From: Bacteroidales bacterium
GTDB taxonomy: Bacteria > Bacteroidota > Bacteroidia > Bacteroidales > VadinHA17
Direction of reading: 5' to 3'
Length of the DNA: 64,000 nt
NCBI GenBank assembly: GCA_021157415.1
Contig: JAGGWN010000123.1
Location: 1,226-65,225 of the forward strand
The position numbers were made by a program, and so were the translations under genes. A model generated the notes under the pieces. It searched no databases and was not told where the DNA came from. It was given only the letters and a program-made list of their open reading frames with translations. The number at the start of each line of letters is the position of its first letter. The first letter of the stretch is position 1. Shown here piece after piece: positions 19,571-29,380 of this stretch.

Positions 19571-20467
19571 ATGTCCTTGATAAAATCTTCCGGAAACAGA
19601 GCGGTCTTTTTATATCGCTGTCATAATTACAACAAAATCATCAGGGAGTGTTATGACAACTTTATGCAGGCATTGAACGATTTTCAGAAAACATACAAAG
19701 ACCGTCTTTCCGTTGAACTTTTTATCATAGGGGACCATCTCCACCCTGAGATGAGAAACATGATACTCAGAGATCATGCAGATCACAGTAAATATGAATT
19801 CAGCTCCACACTGAAAGAAACAAACAGCCAGGAACAGAAAGAATATCTTGTCTCTGGTGCGGCATGTACCCCCCAGCATTATACCCTGTATATCACATCA
19901 ATGAACATTTGTAAAAACCTCGGGTTAAAAAATGAAGATGTGGTTTTCTTTGTTGAGGATGATTACAAATTTAAACCCGGAGCCTTGTCTCTTTGTTACC
20001 GGTTTGCCCGGAAATACAAAAATGATTTCGTTTCTCCTTTTGATCACCCCGACCGGTATGCCGCAAAATATAAAAACATGGAAGACCAAGCCCGTGAACT
20101 TTACCTCCGGGACAAAAAATTCAAGTTTCATAAAAAAGGCAAAGGGAAAAATACGGATCTGATCCGGCAGGGTTATATCAATTACAAGCTGGAGCTTGTC
20201 TGGGAATTCAATCATCACTGGAGAACGGCCATTTCTTCCTGTCATACTTTTCTGGGGACCTTCCGTGCACTTAAACAATCGGAGCCGTACATTTATAATG
20301 CCGACATTCAACGGACAGATCATGTCATGTGGACGCATGTGTGGGCTGCCGGGAAAAGCAAACTGTGGACGCCGGTACCGGGCCTGGCCCGCCATGTAGG
20401 ACACAAAGCCAAAACAAAGTTACTGGAAGACGGGGATTATGATGTAAACATCGGGAAGAACTCCTGA
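19571..20467 (+). CDS. Hypothetical protein, probable divergent GT-A glycosyltransferase
   Basis: VFFVEDDY, PFDHPDRY, LWTPVPGLARH; located in the GT operon. Confidence 0.55.
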   Translation: MSLIKSSGNRAVFLYRCHNYNKIIRECYDNFMQALNDFQKTYKDRLSVELFIIGDHLHPEMRNMILRDHADHSKYEFSSTLKETNSQEQKEYLVSGAACTPQHYTLYITSMNICKNLGLKNEDVVFFVEDDYKFKPGALSLCYRFARKYKNDFVSPFDHPDRYAAKYKNMEDQARELYLRDKKFKFHKKGKGKNTDLIRQGYINYKLELVWEFNHHWRTAISSCHTFLGTFRALKQSEPYIYNADIQRTDHVMWTHVWAAGKSKLWTPVPGLARHVGHKAKTKLLEDGDYDVNIGKNS

Positions 20468-20480
20468 GACTGATTATTTA

Positions 20481-20629
20481 TCCCCATTCCGCAATAAAAA
20501 ACCCAAAACAGTGAGTTTCTAAGTCAGCATTGCTTTCGCGTAGCTTGAGCGGAGCAAAGGAGTTACCCGGGATGGCCTACGATCTGTGACTAAAAGATTT
20601 TTTCGAAATCTCTGTTGCGCAAACCGGGT
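20481..20629. mobile_element. MITE-like element, copy 2 (149 bp; inverted, internally deleted relative of copy 3)
   Basis: Colinear with the reverse complement of 54641-54847; termini TCCCCATTCCGCAATA / CTGTTGCGCAAACCGGGT; TTA on both flanks. Confidence 0.8.
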
Positions 20630-20726
20630 TTATCCCTTCAAATATTCCCTTCAAATCTGTAACCGATTACTCACAGTATAACTGGTCGTTAGCTCGCTGT
20701 GCCCGGCTCACTCTTTCATGATTTTT

Positions 20727-21491
20727 TTACCGTTCTTTATCCGGTATCTTGGATTTTCTTGTACCGAGGTGTTTCAGATAACTCTGACCTGCGTTCAGAT
20801 AACAGACCCGAAAGCCTTCCGCTCCGTCCAGAAAACCAAGACGAAAAAAATAATTCCATGTAAAACCCCAAAGAAAACTAGCATATATACGTAACCAGGT
20901 TGATTTACCTCGTATCTTCAACAATTCCCTCGCACTAATCGCCGCAAATTTTTTAATTTTTTCCTTATGATCTTCCTCGGTATCCTGGGCATAGTGTAAA
21001 AGATCTCCTTTCAGGTAGCCCTTCTTTGCTCCCGACTGCAATTGTAAAGAATCATGCGGATTGATCCCTCCCCAAAAAGCTTTTCGTCGGTCGGCCAGCC
21101 GTAATTTCCGGTCCGGATAAACGCCGGAGTGATGGAGCCATCTTCCATAAAAATTATTCAGCCGGTTAAAATAATACCCGTCCTTATCCCATTTCTCCTT
21201 CACATTCAGAATGGATTTCTTTAGCTCTTCCGACAAGAGCTCATCTCCATCCAGAGAAAGGATGTAATCATATTTTGTCTGAGCCATGGCCCAGTTTTTT
21301 TGCTCTATGTAACCTTCAAAATCATGCAAAATCACGCGGCACCCGTAATTTTCACATATCTCCCGCGTTCTATCCGTTGATCCGGAATCCACCACGACAA
21401 TCTCATCTGCCACTTCTTGCAGCGATTCCAGGCATAGGCCGATGTATTTTTCTTCGTTGTATGTGATAATTACTGCAGAGATGCAGAGCAT
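20727..21491 (-). CDS. Glycosyltransferase family 2 (KdtX/WaaE-like)
   Basis: ISAVIITYNEE, VVDSGSTD, LDGDE, GFLDG. Confidence 0.9.
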   Translation of the reverse strand: MLCISAVIITYNEEKYIGLCLESLQEVADEIVVVDSGSTDRTREICENYGCRVILHDFEGYIEQKNWAMAQTKYDYILSLDGDELLSEELKKSILNVKEKWDKDGYYFNRLNNFYGRWLHHSGVYPDRKLRLADRRKAFWGGINPHDSLQLQSGAKKGYLKGDLLHYAQDTEEDHKEKIKKFAAISARELLKIRGKSTWLRIYASFLWGFTWNYFFRLGFLDGAEGFRVCYLNAGQSYLKHLGTRKSKIPDKER

Positions 21492-21592
21492 AAAATTTAC
21501 TTTATTATTGAATAACTCTTTTTAGGGGAAAAATATTTTATCCTAACACAAAAAGGATGATTATTATTCAGAACAGTCCGGGGAAGTATTTT

Positions 21593-22414
21593 CTATCCGG
21601 CCGATACGCCGTACTCGCGCAAAGCATCATTCAGGGATGTCTTCAGGTTGGTTGACTCTTTTCTTTTCCCGATGATCAGTGCACAGGCCACCTGATAATT
21701 ACCTGCCGGGAATGATTTGGTATAACTGCCGGGGATTACCACCGACCGGGGAGGAACCATGCCCCGGTATTCCACTGGTTTTTTTTCGGTAACATCAATG
21801 ATACGGGTAGATTGCGTCAGTACCACGTTTGCTCCCAGAACCGCTTCTCTGCATACCCTGACACCCTCCACCACTATGCTGCGGGAGCCAATAAAACAAC
21901 CGTCTTCTATGACCACCGGCGCTGCCTGTACCGGTTCCAGTACCCCACCAATGCCCGCACCTCCGCTAAGATGAACGTTTTTCCCTACCTGTGCACAGGA
22001 TCCCACTGTAGCCCACGTGTCTACCATGGTCCCGGCATCTACATAAGCACCTATGTTTACATAAGAAGGCATCATGATCACTCCGGGTGCCAGATAAGAT
22101 CCGTACCGCGCAAGGGCATGAGGGACCACCCGCACCCCTTTTTCCTTATAACCGGATTTCAAAGGAATTTTATCATGATATTCAAACGGTGGAACTTCAA
22201 TGATCTCCATCTGCCGGAGTAGGAAGTAGAGGATCACCGCCTTTTTGATCCATTCATTTACTTTCCAGTCTTCGCCTGAAGGCTCGGCCACCCGAAGAAG
22301 CCCCTTATCCAAACGGTCTATCGTTTCAAAAACAGCATCCCTGACCGGTTTTTCTTTCAAAAGGGTTCGATTCTCCCATGCTTCTTCAATAACACGTTGA
22401 AATGACATACTCAT
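21593..22414 (-). CDS. dapD: Tetrahydrodipicolinate N-succinyltransferase
   Basis: WIKKAVIL, DKIP, MPSYVNIGAYVD.GTMVDTWATVGSCAQ, GGVLEP. Confidence 0.95.
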   Translation of the reverse strand: MSMSFQRVIEEAWENRTLLKEKPVRDAVFETIDRLDKGLLRVAEPSGEDWKVNEWIKKAVILYFLLRQMEIIEVPPFEYHDKIPLKSGYKEKGVRVVPHALARYGSYLAPGVIMMPSYVNIGAYVDAGTMVDTWATVGSCAQVGKNVHLSGGAGIGGVLEPVQAAPVVIEDGCFIGSRSIVVEGVRVCREAVLGANVVLTQSTRIIDVTEKKPVEYRGMVPPRSVVIPGSYTKSFPAGNYQVACALIIGKRKESTNLKTSLNDALREYGVSAG

Positions 22415-22589
22415 CTATTTTTTATATTTGAATCCTTAAAAATCGCATTTTTTTTTAAACCGTAAAATATGTTTATTGTTTATATGCTGTCGGACCCCAT
22501 TTATGTGACCGTTTATTAAGAAACAGGAAATAAATCATTGTTTTGAATTGTCCTAAAAAAGCCGGACATTTGCATGCAAATATTTTCAA

Positions 22590-23384
22590 GTGCTTATGAG
22601 AATAAAAGGTTTATTAATACTAATCATCGGGATATTCTTATTCAGACCCATGTCGCTACAGGGACAGACAGCAACTTTATCCCTTGATTCACTGATCATC
22701 ATGCAAGGTCAGTTACGTGATATGGTTTCCGGTGATCCCATCCCTTATGCACACATTATCAACTATAAATTCAACCGAGCTACCGTTTCTGACACGCTGG
22801 GATTTTTTACGATTCCCATGCATAAAACGGACACCCTTTATATTACTGCCATCGGTTTCGAAGACACCCGTTTTTCGCTGCCCGGTTTCTGGCCTTCCAA
22901 CCATTATTCGGGTGTTATCTACATCAAAGAAAAGATTTACCACATTGAAGGGGTCACCGTGCACGGATTGGGGACGTATGAACAGTTCAAGCAAAAAGTT
23001 CTTTCCCTGGATCTCTCCAAAGACAAAGTCATCAAAATGCAGAATTATTATGATAAATTGCTCACCGAAGAAGCGATAAAATACCAGAAAGTATCCACCG
23101 GATTCTCTTTTTCCCTGCGTACGCCGGAAGAACGTAGTCTCCGAAAGCTGGCTCAAGTACAGGAAGAACAAAAAAGACAGGATATCATCAGTTCCAAATT
23201 CAACAAAGCTATTATCAGCCAGCTTACCGGCTTGCAGGGGATGGAGCTGGAAAAGTTCATGCGCTACTGCCAGTTGCCCGAGGATTTTATCCTGAATGCT
23301 CCGGAATATGATATCCTGGTGCGGGTAAAAGAGTTGTACGAAAACTATAAATTGCTCCAGGACAAAGGAATTAAGTTACCATGA
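22590..23384 (+). CDS. Exported protein with CarboxypepD_reg-like domain
   Basis: Signal peptide; G...D..SGDPIPYAHI...SD..GFF...DTL.ITAIGF. Confidence 0.7.
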   Translation: MLMRIKGLLILIIGIFLFRPMSLQGQTATLSLDSLIIMQGQLRDMVSGDPIPYAHIINYKFNRATVSDTLGFFTIPMHKTDTLYITAIGFEDTRFSLPGFWPSNHYSGVIYIKEKIYHIEGVTVHGLGTYEQFKQKVLSLDLSKDKVIKMQNYYDKLLTEEAIKYQKVSTGFSFSLRTPEERSLRKLAQVQEEQKRQDIISSKFNKAIISQLTGLQGMELEKFMRYCQLPEDFILNAPEYDILVRVKELYENYKLLQDKGIKLP

Positions 23385-24325
23385 GTTCTCTCTGCTTTCA
23401 GAACATTGCAGAAGCTTCCCGGCGTATCCGTTTGCTTATTCATAAAACACCGGTGCTCACATCTATTTCCATCAACAAAATCCTGGGTGCCGACATTTAT
23501 TTCAAATGTGAGAATTTTCAGAAAGTTGGCGCTTTCAAGTTCAGGGGAGCCTCTTATGCTGTTTCGACCCTCGACCATGCATCAAAGAAAAAAGGGGTGG
23601 CCACCCACAGTTCAGGGAATCATGCTGCGGCACTGGCTCTGGCTGCTGCAACTCACAATATTCCCTCTTACATTGTTATGCCTGAGAACGCTCCGGAAAT
23701 AAAGAAACGGGCCGTAGCCGGCTATGGAGCGCATATCTGTTTTTGCACGCCTACCCTGGAAGCGAGAGAACAGACGCTGGAACAGGTTGTCAATGAGACC
23801 GGGGCTGTATTTGTCCATCCGTATGACAACGACAAGGTCATCGCCGGCCAGGGAACGGCAGCTCTGGAACTATTAGATCAGATCCCTGCTCCTGATATCG
23901 TGATAGCTCCTGTAGGTGGCGGAGGGCTGCTCAGCGGGACATCCATTACCGTAAAACATCTGTCACCCTCCACCAAAATCTTCGGGGCAGAACCTGCCGG
24001 CGCCGATGATGCTGCCCGTTCTTTTTATGCTGGAAAACTGATCCCTTCTGTGAACCCGGTCACCATCGCTGACGGTCTTTTGACATCACTGAGTGAACGA
24101 ACGTTCTCTATCATCCGGAAAAATGTTAATGAGATTCTTACAGCCCGGGAAGAAACCATTATCCGGGCCATGCGCATGATCTGGGAACGCATGAAGATCA
24201 TTGTCGAACCTTCTGCGGCAGTGCCTCTTGCTGTGGTGATGGAACATTCTGAAAGGTTCAGAAACAAAACCGTGGCAATTATCTTGTCCGGAGGAAATGC
24301 TGACCTGGATCATCTTCCGTTCTGA
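23381..24325 (+). CDS. PLP-dependent serine racemase/dehydratase-like enzyme (fold type II)
   Basis: FKCENFQKVGAFKFRGA, THSSGNH, PVGGGGLLSG, LSGGN; no ACT domain. Confidence 0.88.
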   Translation: MSSLCFQNIAEASRRIRLLIHKTPVLTSISINKILGADIYFKCENFQKVGAFKFRGASYAVSTLDHASKKKGVATHSSGNHAAALALAAATHNIPSYIVMPENAPEIKKRAVAGYGAHICFCTPTLEAREQTLEQVVNETGAVFVHPYDNDKVIAGQGTAALELLDQIPAPDIVIAPVGGGGLLSGTSITVKHLSPSTKIFGAEPAGADDAARSFYAGKLIPSVNPVTIADGLLTSLSERTFSIIRKNVNEILTAREETIIRAMRMIWERMKIIVEPSAAVPLAVVMEHSERFRNKTVAIILSGGNADLDHLPF

Positions 24326-25419
24326 TCGGCCATTCTTTTCTTCATCATCAAGCAGGAAACCGGATAGTGGTCCGACAATCTGTTATGATAGGTTTTATAT
24401 TGCACTGCTTTCCAACGCGGATCATGCAGGATATAATCTATCCGGTAAGAAGGGAAAATGCCATGATATGTTTTTCCAAGACCCTTTCCGCTTTCCACAA
24501 AAGCATCTTTTAACCCGGCAGATAAAACATGATAGGTATAAGACACCGGTGTGTCATTGAAGTCTCCGCATATTACTAACGGATAAGGAGACTTTTCGAT
24601 ATGTTGTTTCAGCATCTTAGCCTGTCTTGCCCTTTTCATAAAAGCACCCCTGAGATGCAAAGAGATATCCTTAACCTCCCGCAAGGCTTCCCCCTCTTCA
24701 TTAAGATTATTTAAGGGAGTCTTTTGTTTGTTCAGGTTGGTCGATTGCAGATGATTATTGAAAAGCCGCAAGGTATCGTTTCCCATGATAACATCACACT
24801 GCTGGCTTTGGTTTGAAGACTCATCAAAACGAATATTTTTTTTATGCTTTAATGGAAAACGGCTAAAAACTGCCAGCCCGTAATGAGAACGACTATGATA
24901 TTGTTGAATATATGATATATAATGATACGGGTAATTCAGTTCATTTACGATTTTCTGCTCGGGAAAACGTTTCTCATCCGTGTAAAATTCCTGCAGGCAC
25001 AGGATATCCGGTTTGATTTTTTTTAAAAACCGAATAATTTGTTCGTCTTTTCCAACATTAGCAGACCAGGCATTGACATTAAATGAACGAACATTAAAGG
25101 TGGTTAGTGTAAACCCAGTGTCCTGGCTTATTTTCTCCCTGTCTCTTTTATTTTTTACCGGAAGTCTGTAATAGTGCCTGACATTATTCCATCCCAGTAA
25201 CATCACGAGTAAAATAACTACACTTATCTTCTTCAAGCGCAAGAGCCAATACACAAAAAGGATTAAGTTGACCATAAAAAGATAAGGAAAAGCCAATCCG
25301 AAAAAAGCAGGAATCCACAATTTATCAGGAGGGATCCAGACCGACATATATGAAATAAGTAAGGCCCCCGACAACGCATACGTCACACCCAGTAATAAAT
25401 ATTTAATGGTCCGTGCCAA
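24310..25419 (-). CDS. Membrane-anchored endonuclease/exonuclease/phosphatase family protein
   Basis: N-terminal TMs, TFNV, CLQE, CGDFNDTP, RIDYI, SDHYP. Confidence 0.9.
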   Translation of the reverse strand: MARTIKYLLLGVTYALSGALLISYMSVWIPPDKLWIPAFFGLAFPYLFMVNLILFVYWLLRLKKISVVILLVMLLGWNNVRHYYRLPVKNKRDREKISQDTGFTLTTFNVRSFNVNAWSANVGKDEQIIRFLKKIKPDILCLQEFYTDEKRFPEQKIVNELNYPYHYISYIQQYHSRSHYGLAVFSRFPLKHKKNIRFDESSNQSQQCDVIMGNDTLRLFNNHLQSTNLNKQKTPLNNLNEEGEALREVKDISLHLRGAFMKRARQAKMLKQHIEKSPYPLVICGDFNDTPVSYTYHVLSAGLKDAFVESGKGLGKTYHGIFPSYRIDYILHDPRWKAVQYKTYHNRLSDHYPVSCLMMKKRMADQNGR

Positions 25420-25429
25420 TAGTTCAGGA

Positions 25430-26317
25430 TTAATGTTTATTACTCATTCTGAAAAGCGTCTCTTTTTCCTTTTTTGTCAGGCTGTCATAGCCACCCTTGG
25501 ATATTTTATCCAAAATTCTGTCTATTTCCTTTTGTTCTTCTGCTTTTTGACGATTGTATTCAAAATCATCTGCCGGTTTACGGTATTTGACATGCAATTT
25601 TTTCTTCCGTGGTTTAAACCAGGAGAAGAACGTGTCGAGCCTTTGGTTAAACGACCGGGTCATGTCTTTTCCACGGCGATACTGAACCGTAAAGAAATAA
25701 CCATAAAGTGCCCCTCCCAGGTGTGCCAGCTTTCCTCCTGTGTTTGTAGGAAAATCTACCAGTGTGGTCAAAATAAAAGCGACAAGAGCCACCCATTTGA
25801 TCTTGACAGGGCCAATCAGAAAAATATAAACGGTATAATCAGGCACATAAACAGCCGTAGCAACAATAATGGCCATGATAGAAGCAGAGGCACCGATAGC
25901 CATGGAATAGGGCAGAACCTGGTGAAATGCCGGAAAAAGGTTGAAGACAAGAATATACAACAGAGCCCCGCTCAATCCTCCCAGAAGATATACTCCGACC
26001 AGTTTTTTAGGATCAAAATATTGAAGAAAGATAATGCCAAACCAGTAAAGCCACAGCAGGTTAAAAAGAATATGCAAGAAACCCTGATGTGTAAACATAT
26101 AGGTAAACACGGTCCATGGATGGGTAAGCAATGAGGGAAGATATGCCGGTACGGCCAGCCACACCAGGATTTTCCCCGAAGGATCAGGTACTGAAAAAAG
26201 GAACAGAAGGATATAGGTTATACTCACCACAAGCCATACCCCCACATTGATATAAATCAATTTGATGAGGGCCGAGCCTTCTTTAAACGAATCCTTAATT
26301 CCTTCCCATACAGTCAT
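25430..26317 (-). CDS. Rhomboid intramembrane protease with C-terminal DUF6576-like domain
   Basis: HILFN, GASA, AHLGGA, EIDRILDKISKGGYDSLT. Confidence 0.9.
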   Translation of the reverse strand: MTVWEGIKDSFKEGSALIKLIYINVGVWLVVSITYILLFLFSVPDPSGKILVWLAVPAYLPSLLTHPWTVFTYMFTHQGFLHILFNLLWLYWFGIIFLQYFDPKKLVGVYLLGGLSGALLYILVFNLFPAFHQVLPYSMAIGASASIMAIIVATAVYVPDYTVYIFLIGPVKIKWVALVAFILTTLVDFPTNTGGKLAHLGGALYGYFFTVQYRRGKDMTRSFNQRLDTFFSWFKPRKKKLHVKYRKPADDFEYNRQKAEEQKEIDRILDKISKGGYDSLTKKEKETLFRMSNKH

Positions 26318-26321
26318 CCGC

Positions 26322-27068
26322 TCAATAAAAATAAGTTCTTTTTTTATTCCAGTATTTCACCATAATATAACCAAAAAGCATGCCACCCAGGTGGGCCACA
26401 TGGGCAATATTACTTCCCGGCTGGGCGAGAGCCAGATACAGTTCAAGGGCACCATAACCTATAACGAAATATTTGGCTTTGATGGGTATGGGTGGAAACA
26501 AAAGCATCAGCTGCGTATTCGGGAAGAGCATACCAAAACCCAATAACACGCCGAAAACAGCGCCGGAGGCACCGACGACCGGAGTATTAAGCAACAAATT
26601 AAGCTTCGCCATGTAAGGATTTGTAAAATTCTGTAGATGATTCAAAATATCGGCACCTTTTTCAAAAACAAGCTGGGTTTCCTGGGCAGACATATGCGTT
26701 AGCAGTGTTCTGTATTCCAGCCAATGCACCAGCGTATAAAAGCCGGCAGCTCCCATTCCCGTCACAAAATAAAAGATAAAAAACCTCTTTCCACCCCATA
26801 CGTTTTCCAGCACCCGGCCAAACATCCAGAAAGCAAACATATTAAAAAACAGGTGGGCCAGCCCGGCATGCATGAACAAGTGTGTGACAAACTGATAAGG
26901 ACGAAAATATTCGGACTTCGGATAATACAATGCCAGCCAGCGGGTCAGGTCTATCCCGAAACTTTGCTGCACCACCAGGGTGATGAGCCACATCAGGGAA
27001 GTGATAATAATAATATTTTTTACTACCGGCGGGAAATTGGCATTGGCCGGTCTTTGATATCCATTCAT
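26322..27068 (-). CDS. Rhomboid intramembrane protease
   Basis: HLFFNM, GASGAVFG, AHLGG. Confidence 0.92.
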   Translation of the reverse strand: MNGYQRPANANFPPVVKNIIIITSLMWLITLVVQQSFGIDLTRWLALYYPKSEYFRPYQFVTHLFMHAGLAHLFFNMFAFWMFGRVLENVWGGKRFFIFYFVTGMGAAGFYTLVHWLEYRTLLTHMSAQETQLVFEKGADILNHLQNFTNPYMAKLNLLLNTPVVGASGAVFGVLLGFGMLFPNTQLMLLFPPIPIKAKYFVIGYGALELYLALAQPGSNIAHVAHLGGMLFGYIMVKYWNKKRTYFY

Positions 27069-27168
27069 AGTTGTTTCAATGTTTCCTGCTTTCTTACAAT
27101 CGGTACGCCAAAGTTATAAAAAGCCCCGGATAAAGAAAGAAACACGACATAATGTCACGATTGTGCTT

Positions 27169-29001
27169 TTATTCAAAGTGTTTTTCAATGTCTGTCAACT
27201 GAAGAATATAAAACACCGGTTTGCCCCTTGGGGTATAGCGGGGTTCCTTACAGGCAAACAACCGGTCTGTCAGGTCTCTCATTTCCTCCGTGGTAAGGAT
27301 TTTTCCATAAGGGATAGAGGCGGCCTGTGCTAAAGCACGGGCGACCCTTTCCCGGGCATTGGCAGTTGGATCCGACTCTGAGATTTTATATTCAACAATA
27401 AAAATACGTATCATTTCAGCCGGGTCTGAGAACACACTGCTCCCGGGCACTCCGGTAATACGTATGGAGTTGCCTTCTTCTTTTTCCCAAGACACACCCA
27501 GTTTTTCAATGTCCGGTCTGATTTCCTCCAGCACCGTCAAGTCGGCAGGATCCAGACTTACGGACACCGGGAAAAGCTGTTGTTGGGAAGTGCTGCCTTC
27601 AGAAACAAGAAGCTGCAGGAACTCTTCGAACAGTATGCGTTCATGAGCCCTTTTCTGGTTCACAATCATTAAGCCCGATTTCACGGCAAACAAAATATAT
27701 CTGCGTTTAAACTGTAAAAAAGGGATCCCTTCTGCCTGAAGATCTCCCTCCTCATGCTTTATCTCCTGTTGCCCTGTACGGGTTTCCTGCTCCAATCCTT
27801 CGTACATTTTTTCCCACTGCTGTATGGCCTCGGCCTGTGTCCTGGTCCGGAAATCCCCGTGATATGAAGGCCTTATGGTCTTTTTCTCCTGCTCAAAGGG
27901 ATTATAATCAGGATTCACCGGCACCTCCGGAGGGGACACTTGTTCCCCGCGGCGCATCACCGGGATTTCAATGGGTGAAGGATTGTCAAAATCCAAAGAA
28001 GGAACAATGTTAAATTTCCCCAAGGCTTCTTTCACCGAGGCATGGAGGATCTGCCAGACTGACTGCTCATCTTCAAACTTGATCTCCGTTTTTGTAGGAT
28101 GGATATTGATATCTATCTTATCCGGATCTGTTTCGAAATAGATAAAATAGGAAGGAACCGCCTCCTGGGGAAGAATGTTCAAGTACGCTTCCGTGATAGC
28201 CCGGTGAAAATAAGGATGTTTCATGAAGCGCCCATTGGTAAAGAAGAACTGTTCGCCAAAAGTTTTCTTTGCGAACTCCGGCTTGCCGACAAATCCATGC
28301 ACTTTTACAACAGAGGTATCCGTTTGTATGGGGATGAGATGTTGATTTATCACTTTCCCGAAAACGTTGACAATACGTTGGCGCAGATTGGATACCGCCG
28401 GCACCTGATATACATCCGATTCATTATGCCGAAGGGTAAAAGCTATCCCGGGATGTGTCAGCACAATACGCTGGAATTCCACCACAATGTGTTTTAACTC
28501 TGTAGTGTTGGTCTTAAGAAATTTTCGTCTGGCAGGAATATTATAAAACAGATTTTTCACGGCGAAGTTACTCCCCTCGGAACAGGCTACCGGTACCTGG
28601 CTCTCCACGGCGGAAGCCGCAAGCTGTATATGTGTGCCCAGATCATCTTCTTTTCTTTTTGTTTTCAATTCCACCTGAGCCACAGCAGCAATCGAAGCCA
28701 GAGCCTCTCCACGAAACCCCATAGTACGTATGGAAAACAGATCTTCCGCTTTGCGTATCTTGGAGGTAGCATGTCGTTCGAAGGCCAGTCGGGCGTCTGT
28801 CTCCGACATACCGCAACCATCATCGACTACACGTATCAGGGTTTTTCCGGCGTTGACCACATGTACGGTAATACGGCTACTCCCGGCATCTATGGCATTC
28901 TCCATCAACTCCTTCACCACCGACGCCGGACGTTGTATCACCTCCCCTGCTGCGATCTGGTTTGCTACCGAATCAGGAAGCAATCGGATGATATCACTCA
29001 T
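27169..29001 (-). CDS. mutL: DNA mismatch repair endonuclease MutL
   Basis: NQIAAGEVIQRPASVVKEL.EN, GFRGEAL, NQKRAHERILFE. Confidence 0.97.
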   Translation of the reverse strand: MSDIIRLLPDSVANQIAAGEVIQRPASVVKELMENAIDAGSSRITVHVVNAGKTLIRVVDDGCGMSETDARLAFERHATSKIRKAEDLFSIRTMGFRGEALASIAAVAQVELKTKRKEDDLGTHIQLAASAVESQVPVACSEGSNFAVKNLFYNIPARRKFLKTNTTELKHIVVEFQRIVLTHPGIAFTLRHNESDVYQVPAVSNLRQRIVNVFGKVINQHLIPIQTDTSVVKVHGFVGKPEFAKKTFGEQFFFTNGRFMKHPYFHRAITEAYLNILPQEAVPSYFIYFETDPDKIDINIHPTKTEIKFEDEQSVWQILHASVKEALGKFNIVPSLDFDNPSPIEIPVMRRGEQVSPPEVPVNPDYNPFEQEKKTIRPSYHGDFRTRTQAEAIQQWEKMYEGLEQETRTGQQEIKHEEGDLQAEGIPFLQFKRRYILFAVKSGLMIVNQKRAHERILFEEFLQLLVSEGSTSQQQLFPVSVSLDPADLTVLEEIRPDIEKLGVSWEKEEGNSIRITGVPGSSVFSDPAEMIRIFIVEYKISESDPTANARERVARALAQAASIPYGKILTTEEMRDLTDRLFACKEPRYTPRGKPVFYILQLTDIEKHFE

Positions 29002-29018
29002 ACGTGCCGACAGGTTAA

Positions 29019-29303
29019 TTAACTGTATAGTAAGATATATGACAGGAGGAACAGAATCGCCAGAATAACCAGCAACCGTAAATTGGAAGCTTTCTCCCGA
29101 CGCTGTGATTTTCTCCTGAAATAGGTGGCCATCTGCCCCCTTCTTATCTTAGGCACATAAGCTTCGCCTTCACGAAGACCTAGTTCCTTCTCAATCATAG
29201 CGATCTTCTGTTGCAAAGCCTCCTTCTCCGGATCATAATACAACGGTGTGTAATGAAACCTTCGGGGTTTCGCAGGGCTGAAAAAACTGGGTAATGAGGA
29301 CAT
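29019..29303 (-). CDS. Conserved Bacteroidota small membrane protein upstream of mutL
   Basis: PRRFHYTPLYYDPEKE, C-terminal hydrophobic helix. Confidence 0.7.
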   Translation of the reverse strand: MSSLPSFFSPAKPRRFHYTPLYYDPEKEALQQKIAMIEKELGLREGEAYVPKIRRGQMATYFRRKSQRREKASNLRLLVILAILFLLSYILLYS

Positions 29304-29380
29304 TTTTATCGTTCTTTAATCGTACAAATTTACTAAAATATAACCACTTTAACAATCCGTTACCCGCTATATTTCCTTGT

